A stretch of 64,000 bases of DNA, taken from positions 8,060,001 to 8,124,000 of the forward strand of contig CM022667.1 of the NCBI GenBank assembly GCA_012295275.1. The letters are read 5' to 3'. The position numbers and the translations under genes were made by a program. The notes below the pieces were generated by a model. It was given only the letters and a program-made list of their open reading frames with translations. It was not told where the DNA came from and made no database searches. Within the stretch, counting starts at the first letter, position 1. Every line of letters begins with the position of its first letter. Shown here piece after piece: positions 44,670 through 57,429 of the stretch. This DNA is from Chrysomallon squamiferum. Taxonomy: Eukaryota > Animalia > Mollusca.

Positions 44670-47600
44670 GATGATGATGATGGTGATAATAATAATAGTA
44701 ATAATAATAAAACAATAGTAGTAGTAACAGTGTTAGTATTAACAATAATAATGGTGATGATGATAATAATAATTATCGACAGCAACAACATTAAAAATAA
44801 TGTTGATAGCTGACAGCATGGTAATGGAGTTGATACAGAAGCAGTGGTAGTAGTCACATCAGCAACAGCCATATCAGAAACCTGAATCAGTCTGAAATCT
44901 CAACACAACCCTCAACCCTGTTCACGTGTAACAAACTTAGTAAACTAGAAACATCAGCACTTTTTATAATTCTTATTACACAGAATTTACTTACTAGCAA
45001 CGAATATCACTAAAAACATGTGTATTGAAGTATTCACAGTGTACTTAGTGTGTACTTGATGTAGGTAGAATGTATTTGTGTTTAATTATGATGTTCTTTG
45101 TGTGACTAGGTTACCTGTGCTCTGACTGTGCATTATAAGAATGTTTGCCATTCCTGTAAAATTTACACCATTCTTTGATTTTCTGATTCCTTCCAGAAAC
45201 TCTTCCAACACATTCTGACACCTGAATTAAATCAAATCAGTCAGAAATATCTACTAGATTAATGTGTCAGTAAATTATGCAAATAAATCACTGTTTTTGT
45301 TTTAAATCTTTTTAAGTTACATGCAACAATATTTATAAGATTAATATAATTAAAGTACGTAATTATTGGTGTCTTTGTTAAAAAAATTCTGATGTCTGAA
45401 TTCAAATTTAAATGGTTTTTTCTTGATTCTGTAAATATATGGTAGTCTTTTAAAATTTAAAAAAATCATTAAATAATGAAATCTAAAACTTGATTAAAAT
45501 AGTTAAAGGTAACCTATATTAGCTAGAGCAATATAATTAATGTAACTTAAAAACATCTTTTACAATTATATGAGGAGTACAAAAATATATGTAGCTAGGC
45601 ATTGGTTATTTTTCAGATACATTCATCAGGCAAACTATTCAAGCATGCCTGTTGTAGACATAAGACATTGCCAGAGTTCTGTCCAGTGACAGAAAATGTA
45701 AACAGTTAACAATTAATGTATTCTTACATTTTTCTGATTTCATGACTTGTATCTCCAAGAATCTGAAAAAGACCGTCTAGAATTTCTGGCAGTAGAACCA
45801 GCATGTTAATGTCAGGAACTGCATCCAAGACTTGAATCTGAAACAGCAAGGATGAAGTCAATGAGACACTGCCCAGTCCAACATAACACAAAAATACAAA
45901 GGCCTTAATTTCAAGAGTGAACAAATTTAAATTTTATAATAAAACCAGTATTTCTATAGCACTGACTTAAAGGATACAAACATTTGTTAAATAACAAAAT
46001 GGTTTATTTCTAGTTTAGAATGTTAAATTGTGCAGAAATGGAAAACTAGTTAAAGAAATGATTACCCATGAAACAACAAACTGTCTAGCATTTGGATTTT
46101 TTGTGTAGATTCTTTCTCGCAGAAGAGGAACAAATGCCACCAGGTTGAATGACGAACTCTCAGTGACAATATCCTGAAATATACAACAAACCAAATTATT
46201 AATCAAATAAGTATTTTTTAATGACAATTAAAAAATGTTTTATCATTAATAATATCTATCATCATAATTAATTTTGGAGGGTTTTTTTGTTTTTTAGCTG
46301 TGCTATATTTTCTTTTACATTTATAAATTATAGCTTTCTTTTATTAAGACACCTGCTGGCTGTATTTATCTATTATAACTTCAGAAAACTTTTATGAGCA
46401 AAAAGTAAAAAATATGAATATGAAATAAAGAAGATTTTCTCAACATTCTTCAACATTAAAATTTCAACTGTTCTGAAATGAAGGTAAAAAAGAAAAAGGT
46501 GTTCCTTAATTTAAAAGTCCACCTTAAACTCTATTACAAAAGACAACAATTAAGATGATAAATACTGATTATAGATTTTTTCTATAAGCAAGACAGTGAG
46601 CTATGTAATGATTAAACACCAAAAAAACAACCTTTATAAGACGATCTAAAAGTTCAGCTCCATTTTTTACATTCTGATCAGGATCAGCTGATAACTGAAA
46701 GATAACAATTCTTTTTAAATTTTTTGTTAAATAAAATCTGAATAAATATAAATCAAAAAATAAATATACTACTGAGATTTTAACTTAAAAATATAATTAA
46801 AAACCCATACAAATATGTTTAGTCATAAAACCATTAAGTAAAAGGAAACAAAGAATATTGATTTTTTTTGAATGTACACAAACACAACAAACATATACAT
46901 GGTTATACCTTATTTAAAAAAAACAGCATTAAGAAAAAGCAAATAAAATGTCAAAGGAGTAATTGTGAACGTGTTACTTACTGTAAACTTAAATATGTTA
47001 CCTTGCTGAGACCATCAAATATTTCATTAAAGAAAGGCAGAACTGAACCTCGCGACACTTTGACGATGTTGTAGAGAGCTTCGCAGGCGTAGTAGCGTAC
47101 TCGACTGTCAGAATCATGGAAACAAGATATCACTGGCTTAACAAGTTCATTGATGTAATTACACGACTCCTGACAAAACAATAAAGTGAAATTAAAAATA
47201 ATTATTAAAGAAGATATTTAAAAAGAAAATAATAAGACAGAATTTCAAACATTCATCAATTAATATTCAATGTTTATTAAGTTATATACTGTAGATTATC
47301 ATTCTGTGTTTTAGTTTAAAATAAAATTTAGATAAACTTTTAAAATATTTTTAAATATTTAAGTAAATAAATAATAATAATAATCTTAAATGATTTGTTT
47401 ATTATTACACAAAACAATAAAGTACAGATGAATATCAGATTTCACTCATGTGATCAGATTATTTATAATATATCTATTTTTAAAAGAATATATATTAAAA
47501 TGAATCTAACCTATCAGATATTATTATTCAGTGATTTAATTTAATAAATAATTTTTCTTTATACATATGTATTTTACTAACAGACATTTAGACTTACTCT

Positions 47601-48320
47601 TCCTAAAGCAATCGAGGTTGCTGCCAGTCCAATTAACCCTCCTTTTCGAGTGTTTGGATTCTGTGAATAGGCAAAGTCATCTCCCAAAACCTTTAATATC
47701 TTCTTTATCAGATCTTTTTGGTTTGCAGTACTAAAGTCTTTTACCATTCTGAAATAAAAACAAATAACATTTCAACATGACTTAAGCAAAGAATTTAAAA
47801 ATTTACTTTTTGTACATTAAGACTGTGATGTTAGTATGTGTGAAAACCACGAATATAATTTTATATATTAAATAAAAAGTATTCACTGACACTATCAAAA
47901 ATTCGTTCGTTAATAGTATTAATGTAAACCTAATTAAAAGTCAATAATGATACATCATTATGATCATTATAAATGCTGTAAATATAACAGACAACAATTT
48001 CATCGTATTTAATAAAACTGTTCTGAATTTATGTTTATTTTGCAATAACATATTTTAGCTTATATTATTATTATAATAAATACCGACTATTTCCGGTCAA
48101 TACGCTTTTTATTTATTCACTTTTTTTTTTTTTTTTAATTGATTTTGGTTTTAATCAATAAATTATAAAATATTTTAAAATTAAATATAATCAATGAAAT
48201 TATGATTTATCTTACGCACTTTTCAATCTCTAGGGCTGCGACTTTGCGTTTTTCATATAATTTATCGTTTAGTGCTCGAATGCACGATGCACTCAGAGGT
48301 GCATAATCTTTGTCACTCAT
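38380..48320 (-). CDS. VAC14: VAC14, scaffold of the PIKfyve/FIG4 complex; complete, 17 coding exons
   Basis: Exons (minus): 48220-48320 ([34 protein letters not shown]), 47598-47748, 47002-47169 ([18 protein letters not shown]), 46632-46694, 46066-46173, 45728-45837, 45115-45221, 44409-44547, 43868-44041, 43132-43258, 42578-42643, 41913-42136, 41181-41355, 40591-40709, 39748-39827 ([14 protein letters not shown]), 39188-39341 ([13 protein letters not shown]) and 38380-38530 (stop). All phases join. Confidence 0.96.
39828..40590 (-). other. U12-type (minor spliceosome) GT-AG intron in VAC14
   Basis: Donor |GTATCCTTTC matches the U12 consensus. CCTTGAC branch site with the branch A 11 nt upstream of the exon, and no pyrimidine tract. 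The join reads [15 protein letters not shown] in frame. Confidence 0.9.
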
Positions 48321-48744
48321 TTTAATCAAGTATAGCTTTATAAAAGAGGAAGATAAACTGCCGTGACAAACGACTCCATTTTGTTTATCACGTGATTATA
48401 AATTATACGCTTATATCATACCGATGTGTATGAAGATTAACAAATTAAAAAAGATATATTGTTTGGTATATATTTAATACAATGCCTATATATTAATGCA
48501 AATTTTGTTTTATAGATATTTATTTCCATTACTTTTCTAAAAAAAACAGTATTTTTTTTAAAGAGATAAGCGGCTATTATTTTTCTATTGGTACCAGCAT
48601 TGTTTCGAGACTAAGCGAAGATAGTTGAATATGACGCGAACAGCGTAGCAATAATAAATCTTTGTTAAAAATCAGATCACAAATTACTTCCGAGTTCGAT
48701 AATCTTGTTCGAAGTGGGGTCATGTATTAAATGGCCTGGTCGAA
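48321..48744. promoter_or_regulatory. Bidirectional promoter between VAC14 and the MARVEL gene
   Basis: 424 nt between the divergent ATGs. Palindromic E-box ATCACGTGAT at 48387-48396, YY1-like ccattttg, and ETS-like acttccg at about 48686. Confidence 0.6.
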
Positions 48745-50847
48745 ATGGACCCAGACGTCAGGGCTCCTGACTTGAATGCTTTGTCGGAGGATTATCATGG
48801 AGATCGAAAACCATCCAGTTGCTCACGAACAAGTATTACAAATCCAAATTATGACGGTCCTTGGGAGCCTCAAGAATCAGACAGTCCAACAATCGTAACT
48901 CAGTCTGTGCCTAGTGTGGAAATAAAACAGAGAACAACACGATTTAAAGTTCAGACAAATGAAAACCAGTCCAGAAATTCGAGCAACGATGTTGTCATAA
49001 TTGTGTTCGATGTTGGCTACTTAGGAACGTGCAGTGGTATTTTAAGTATTTTACAAATAGTAAGTGTAATAATTATAATTCGTATTAATACATTTTCATT
49101 TCGTCAAATGAGTGTTACTTTATAAGATGTTAATAATAATAGTTATTTTTATATTAGTTGTTCTAAAGAATGCAAATTGTTTAATTAATTCCATTTAAAT
49201 TTATTAATTAATCAAATATTATTGCAACTCATTTTTTAAAATTATTATTATTATCTTCATATACTTTATTAAGTAACTGTTTTTAAATTAAAGCAAAATA
49301 TATGTTGATATTGAAAATAATACTCAACTGATATTATTATTATTATTACAGGTATTTTCCCTGGCGACATTGTTATGTCTTGTGACAGCAGGGAGTGAAG
49401 AAGGTGGTTTGCTGAATCTGCCACTGACATGGCACTTTCGAATCATGTTATTTGTTCTCGTCCTCACTTTCCTGTACAGTGTTCTCTTCACTGTCGGAAA
49501 TGTAACAAGCCTTGTGTACATTTTCCCTTTTGAATGGACGTTTATAGTAAGTTCATTTGTTTTCATTATTTGTGTGTGTGTGTGACACAATGATTTTGAA
49601 GCTAAGAAAAAGAAAAGTTAATTTCTAAGCCCCATCTTCATTTATTTTCACTGCCTCAATCCAAAGTTTTGATCAGTTGTTTCCTTACATGCATACAGTT
49701 GTTTTCTCTAAACAGCCATAATATTACCTGTCTTCATTCTTTAATTCTACTTTCTAAGACTGAATTATACAACACTTAAAACTGTTTATTTTCTTTTTCT
49801 AGCATTTAACAGATTTCAGATATTACTAGATTTTTAAAACTGTAGAGTGGAATCAGTTACATTTACATGTATCTACATGATGTGGGTGTTTGTTTTTATG
49901 TAAAATGATGTTTATTATGAATTTTTGACACAAAAAATATTTATCTCTTGTCACTGACGTGTACTTTTCCTGTTCGCTGAAAGTGTTTAACAGGTTAATG
50001 TAAGTAACTATATTTTTGATGATATGATAAAATAACATATAATTCCTATTCATTCTAGACTTAATAGTATTAATATAAATAAGTTATTCATCTTCATCTT
50101 ATCTTGTCTGGTCATTATTTTCAGAATCTGGTCGTCTATTCTGTATTTTCATTTCTCTATCTCGTGGGTACGTCTCTCGTGGCCAGTGCTTTTGATTTCT
50201 ATGACAAGATGAACAGTGACGTGACAGCACAAACCATCAACAAGCTGGTCATCTGTGTTGTAAGTTTACAGTTTCATTCCACACACATCAGTCTGCGAAC
50301 ATGTTTTACTTGATTTGCTAGAACAACATTTTAAAAATATTAATATCAAATGAGGTGTATTGTTTTACTAATATGTTCATGTTATTTTATAAGACATTAA
50401 TGCTTGTTATTGTTTTTTTTTATCTCAAATGTCACTCAAGTGAATTCAGTAATATTAAAAACAAAAACCTATTAACTACTTTGTAAAAAATGTGATGACT
50501 GATATAAGTGTTAATTCAGTGTTATGGCCTAGAAGATTAGATGCCTGATGTCATAATGATGATTATAATTTAATTTTTTTATGATGGGTATTTACTGCAT
50601 TCATATTTATTATTAATATTAATTTTACTAACATCAGAATGTGTATGACAGTCTGTATCACAGATATTAATTTTACTAGTTGTTATTTGGAAGTCAGGAA
50701 TTTACTGTTGTTTTATTCAAGGTGCTTGGTTACCTGTGTATGATTATATATGGGAGCACAGCTTTGATCAACTATCGTCACTGGCGTCTGCGTTATCGAC
50801 TTTATCATCGGCGACAGCTTCTAGAAGAGGATGAAATAGACATCTGA
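48745..50847 (+). CDS. MARVEL-domain four-transmembrane protein (CMTM/plasmolipin-like), about 256 aa
   Basis: Exons 48745-49059, 49352-49546, 50125-50259 and 50722-50847, all joined in phase 0. Four hydrophobic segments; FDVGYLGTCSGILSILQI resembles the start of a MARVEL domain. Long polar N-terminus; ends in EEDEIDI. Confidence 0.75.
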
Positions 50848-53800
50848 GCAAAGTAAAATAATTTATTACATCACAGCAGACGTCTGATTCAGAACATTTC
50901 TGGTGTCAGTTAATTCGTAAGAATTCAACAAAACAAAAAAATGGGAGAAATCATTTTATACCTGAATCTAGGAAGAGGTAAATAAAAAAAATATATAGAA
51001 AGAAAGAAAATATGATTCAGTAAAACCTAAACCTAAACTCATTTCATCCTGTGTAGAGATTTTTTTTTGCTATCAATTTTAATTGTTCTTTGCAACTGAA
51101 ATCATTTCATCATTAAAGTTACAGCCACCACCACAAGAGGCCATCTGTCTCTTTTCCAATCTTGGAAGTGTCCCAAATAGGGTTGTGTCCCCTGTTATTT
51201 GTATACTGTGTTTTGTCATCAGTGACTTTGTAACTGTCAGTGTCCAGTGTTTTAAATAGGTTTTATTTTATTGTGAAAAGTATCTCTGTTTTCGACTATC
51301 TTCAAATAATATTGAAACGCATAAAATGAAAAATAGAAAATTTCAGATAAGAAAATTTGTTGTATTGTTTCAGAGAAATTATTTTAATATATTATTTATG
51401 AAATCATTGTAATATATTATTTACAAAATTATTATAATATAATTAGAATCAACGAATTGTAAATAATTTATTTTTTATTTGTTGAATAAATGGTCCATTG
51501 TTTTACACATCTTAAAATAGCCTTTATAAAATAAGACACTCACATACACTGACAGACACTTTGATGTACAGACATATTTAAACTGAATAATAAGGTTCTT
51601 TTTTACATTTCAGTGATGTGAAAAAGATTAAACATCTGTATATATATATGCACATACTTTTATTTGTAACATTATTTAGGAATAATATAAAAAATGTTAG
51701 AGGTTTTTATCATAATAAGCAAATTTAATATAAAACACTCACTGTTTATTTTTCAAATATATTAGTCTTTTTAAGAGTCTTACATCAAAATAACTCTTCT
51801 AATACTGTTATTCAGCTTATTTTCAGTATTAGGGGTGACTCAGTTTTTTATGAAGTTTGCTCAACATAATTATTTCATAATAATCATAATTTTTACCAAA
51901 CCATTTGTGCTTTCATAACCTTTTCTCTTGTTATTTTTAACCCATAGTTAGTTATCTAATCAAAAATGTAAAAATATTTAAATATTTTACCTGGCAAAAT
52001 TAAAAGAGTGTGTATGTATATAAATTCACACTGTGTAAAATTAAGAATTGCATAATAAATTAAACAGTTTGTTAATATTTTATACATATAACATTAATGG
52101 CAGTTATTTAAGAATATATGATATTACTCATTTGTAGATCACTGTTCCCATTACACAAAATTCTCAATTAAAGAGCATCCAGTGAACTGATGTTAAAAGT
52201 AAAAAAAAAGAAATGTAATCATTTTGATTATATTGGGCTATTCTGAACTCAAGCCTGTCACACATACATAGTTTATGAAAGGCTACGGTAAGTTCTGTTC
52301 TTTCCATGGGAAGGTGTTATATACAAATCATATTCTGCTGTGGGACTAAGGAACTGGCAGGTTTTTTCTCATATCATTATTATTCAAATAAACTACAGTT
52401 TAATTAGAGTTGACATAAAATGTTTTTTTAGTGTCATTACACCAATATTGGTTGCTTGTAGTATTTCAGATGTGAAAGGAAATGCTGTGTATATTTTGTA
52501 GATCTGTGTAATATTAATGGTAGTGAAAACAGCAGGGTTAGCCATTTTCTAATCTTAGATTTAATAATTAAATTATTTCTATTCAAACATTTCATTAAAA
52601 TTCAGAACATAATCTGCCAAAAAAATCTCTAAAACTAATACAATAATTTAATGATAATAAAGTATTGTTATAAAACTTTATAACTCTAATGCATTTAAAT
52701 GTTCCTTTGTGTTCATGGTTGTGAACTCATTTTTGTTTTTTGTGTTTTGTTTGTTAGTGTATTTTAATTGTTAAATTATTATTATTATGTTTTTTATACT
52801 GCTGTAAATGCCAAGAAAGCATTTCAGATTGAATTTAATGTTTGCTAGTGAACAAGTTAAAATAGACAATAAACATCAAAAGTATGTTTTATTGATTCAG
52901 TCTAATTAAATTACTTAAAAATAAATAAACTTTATCTTTATATTTTTAGGTTATTGTTAAATGTGACTTGTAAAATGACTGAAAAATATTAAAGCTAACT
53001 CCAAAATAAAAAATAAAAATACTTGGTTGTGGTCAGAAACAACAACAAAAATTTTTTGCAATTAACATACCATTTTAATTAAAAAGTGTTTGTTGTTTTT
53101 TTAATTTTCATTTTTAAATGTATATATATATTTTTTTAATTTTAGTTGCAAATTCAGATTTAAGACAGTTTTATTGAACTTTTAAAATAATATACAGTAT
53201 ATTTTAATTTGTTTTTATTATAATTAATATTTAAAGAAAATTTATTGTTAGATTTCAAGTTTTAGTAGATAACCATGGTTTGTTATTTCAAACTCGTACT
53301 TTCACATTTTACAATTCAGTTATGACTTTTAAAATGAAAGTAACTTATTTTTAAAGTTTCTTTACATGTCCTGCAGGACTGGAATCTCATTGTATACTTT
53401 AGTAATTATATTTTATATTTACATTCCAGTTAATAGGTTAAAAAGAACAAAAAAAAACAATTGTGTATGTCCCTTTATTTGTTGACATTTGTGGTCTTTA
53501 CATTAATGTCACTGTCATCAATGTTATTTACCTTTATCATCTTATTTACACTACCAGAAACTTTCATACTTTTAAAAATGTTCAATGCCATTTCAAAGAT
53601 GTTTAACATGTCTGTAAACATACTCACATACACACATTCTAACTTGCAAACAACATCATGAACATATATACACAAACTTCTACAATTATTAAGGTGCCTC
53701 TTGTTCATTCTTTCAGCCTTTAAATCATTTCTGAATTTATATGTGAGCTTTAACTTAAATGTCATCATTATATCAACTAGTGAATTATCATCCTGTCCCC

Positions 53801-55184
53801 ATGATATTTTTTTTTTTTTTTTTTTTATTTTTTTGTTTTTTATTAATTATATACGTGTCTGTGATTGTGGAGAAAAAGTAGCCTAAATATATTCTGCACA
53901 TTTCCAAGTAATTGTTATGATGGTAATTATTAATTCCAGATAACTTCATTCAAAATCAGATCTGTTGTTGTTGTTTTCCATATATTGTAGCATGTTTTTT
54001 AATATTTCCATGAATAAAATAATGTACAAAAAGAGAAAACATGAGCATCCTTTTATCTCATACTTTGTTATACTTTATTATTAGCAGTCTCAGTACTACG
54101 AAAATAATTATTTGGAAATGTACATAATATATTTGTGTTATTTATTCACACCTGTACAGGTGCAGTTTGTTGTCAAGTATACATATGTTCTAATAAATCA
54201 TTCCAAAACATTTGTTTGTGTTTGTTCAGTTACAATTATTAAATACAAAAAAAATAATAATGTTAATAAAAACAAATTTTAATTTAAAAACATAAGAGAG
54301 TACGTCAGATATTTGTTTTATTAAAAAAAAAAAAAAAAGCCCAGTCAAGTCAACATCCTCAGTATCTAAGTTAATTATTAATTATGCTTAATGTTTGGAT
54401 CAAACTGTAAACACAAATCAATAAACACCATTTAGTTGTTTAGATTTTTATCTCTGATAATCTCAGTCTTTGCCTGCAGGCTACAGGTGTATATTACAAA
54501 TTCCAAACAATAATTCAAGGGTACCATTAATGAAACATATATACAAAATAAATAACATGTTTCTTTTTATATTTTAGCTGTTTTTATTATTATTATATAC
54601 ATCTTTTTAAATTTTCTTATTACTTCGTTTTGTTTTTAATCAAAATGGATTGTTTAAAACAAGATTACAGATGTAAATGTTGAAAAAAACAGTACTTAAA
54701 GAAGCTACAGGACCCATTTTGATTTTTCATTTCTTTCTGCCTTTATCAGGTTTATGGATATTTTTAGAAACAACTAAATCTATATCAGCATAACATTTAC
54801 AGATTATTATTATCACTTTTGAAAATAGACACACAAAATAACAAAATACTGCACTTAATAATAGCATCAAAATATGGTACCATCATACAACAGAATTTAT
54901 TCTGCATGGAATGTTCCATAAAAGTATTAAAAATACACATAACATAGTGAGACTTGATGCAGAAGGCTCTACATTAAACCTCAGTATTATTTAATGTTAA
55001 CAATTCATTAAAACATAAACACAGGCATGCCATCATGGGAATTTTGTTGCACCACAACCCTTTAACAGCAAATTCCTTTCAGCATTGTCAAATAATTTTA
55101 AAATCCATTGTTTTCATCAAAACATTCTGTTTATTTGCTGTATGGTAATAATTACGTACTGATTCAGGTAAAGTGAGACAGACA

Positions 55185-55765
55185 TCAAAGTGTGGCCAGT
55201 ATTCTGGTGTATGAAATAAACATGACAACTATTGTTTGTCCTAAACCCCAGACGAGAGCGTAGAATGGCATCAAGACGAAATCCGAGGCTCGTAACACTC
55301 CAGCAATCACAGCACCTTTGAAATAAAATAATTAACCTTAAAAAAAAGTGTTTGGTTATTACATCACAATTTTTAAACATGTCCTTTTATTTTTTTATAT
55401 ATATATATTTTAATTAGAAACAGTAAGGAGTAGTAGAAATGACATTAAAATATTCAACTGAGTGTGTTTGAGCTATATTTGAACTGTACAACAGCATACA
55501 GTGAAGGTCAAAGTATTTTACTATGCTCTCTATTCAGCAGCCTCAGTTGTCTTCCCATGATACTGTTAGTGTGATAGAAGATCAGTGGAAATTAATAAAT
55601 CAAATAATAATGATTCTCCTCTCTTAACTCTTAACTAAATCTTGTAAAAGGACATGATCCAAATACATATACTTACATACATACATACATATATATATAT
55701 ATATAAAGACTACTTACTTTACCACTCTTTATAGTGGATACTCTTATTTCCCAAATGAGTACAGA

Positions 55766-55815
<50 letters not shown>

Positions 55816-56404
55816 CTATTATTTTAGTACATAAAACATGAATATATGACTCAATTAAACCATATTAATCTCACTTGTGACGACACCCCCTGTCAAGGGA
55901 GATAACACACCCATGATAAGGATGGCTACAGGCGTCCACCGACCAATCTTGTGTTTTCTTAGTCTGCAGAATGCAATCAGTGCTGCAATGATGTGCACCA
56001 GCATGGAGGAAAATAATGTCCACAGAAAAATCTGATACCACATCTCTGTAGTAAAAAACAACAACATCAGTATTACTATAATCCTGATCCAAAACAGAAT
56101 AAAAGATTTTAACTTTGTCTCTTTTTTTTTGTCTTTGTCTTTTTTTCTTTTTTTTAAAGAGAGATTTGAAAAGCACAACAAAAAGATACATAAATGATAA
56201 AATAAAATAAACTAACCTAGTTCAGAAGCCATAAGCTTAATTTTTTAATTTTTCAAAAATTATTTTATTAATAAATATAATATTTATATTTTTAATGTTT
56301 CAAAATATCTTACCTCCAAACGTGTTGAGGGGATCATGGGGTGACAAACCAATAACATTCAGAACAGAATCGAGATCTGACGGAGTGAAATCTCTGGTAG
56401 ACAT
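55185..56404 (-). CDS. TMEM170A: Transmembrane protein 170, about 130 aa
   Basis: Exons 56314-56404, 55875-56045 (EMWYQIFLWTLFSS...LRKHK...PLTGGVVTS) and 55185-55315 (AVIAGV...GLGQT...TRILATL stop). A 5'UTR acceptor at 56469 implies upstream non-coding exon(s), with candidate donors near 57008 and 57236. A versus B paralog not resolvable here. Confidence 0.92.
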
Positions 56405-56686
56405 CTTTTTGTTCTAGTGCTAGGTAAATATATCCTATTTACATCATAATAAATATCTTCATCTGGCCCCTGAAATAATAATTACAGGAACAATAATAAT
56501 AAATTTCAAGTGTGGTCTGAACTACATTATAGTACTTAATAATAAGTGTATTTTACTAAGAGATGAAACCATCTGCATCCATGATGGTTCAACTACAATT
56601 ACTAACTATAAAAATAGCAAAAATAACAATAATATACTTTCCTAGAGATTGAGAAGATCATACTGTGGTCTTTGGTGCAAATTATG

Positions 56687-56766
<80 letters not shown>

Positions 56767-57236
56767 TATTAATATTGTTACTAATCACACATTAATTTAT
56801 TTACATTTGATAAAACCACTGATCAATAAAAACATACAAATCGTTACAGTAGTTTTGTCTCCAAGCAAGTTCAAGCGTCATTCTGAATTATGCCAGGAAT
56901 GTCAGCACAGCTTATTAAGTTCGTAATACTAATAAAAGTAATAGTGCAATCAGCCCAATCTTTGGGTCAAAGAGCTCGAGTTGATTTGAATCCCCAGTCT
57001 TGTCTCACTTTTCTTTCTCTTTTTATCGCCATCCAGAAATAACTACAAAAATACTAATAAATTAAAATTTATATTATTTAAGAGTTGGTATAGTATAAAC
57101 TGTTGAAAGAAATCATTTTACAAATGATTTGTTGCATTGCCGACTGCGGCTGGTTCGGTTAATAATAATTTAAAAAATACAAAAATACAAAATAACACAG
57201 TAGTTAGAATTATTTTTAATTATTAGTAAAACGTAC

Positions 57237-57429
57237 TTTAAATATATACTGTTTGATCTCCATCGTTTTGTGCATGTTGTTTTTCCAACCAAGGGGAAGA
57301 AAACAATTTAAAATAAAAAGACAAGAAGAATCTATCCGCGGAACTGGGAATTTTTACTTCCGGCGTGTTTACCCACTACTTTAGTTGCTTTCAGTATCAT
57401 CATTTTTAACTTGTAATATATCTAAAAAC
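57237..57429. promoter_or_regulatory. Bidirectional promoter between TMEM170 and CFDP1
   Basis: Divergent genes; ETS/GABP motif ACTTCCGG at about 57356 and a local CpG cluster. Confidence 0.55.

Noticed and set aside
50850-55180. Hidden gene between the MARVEL gene and TMEM170
   Set aside because: AT-rich sequence consistent with convergent 3'UTRs and spacer; the short ORFs have no coding signature.
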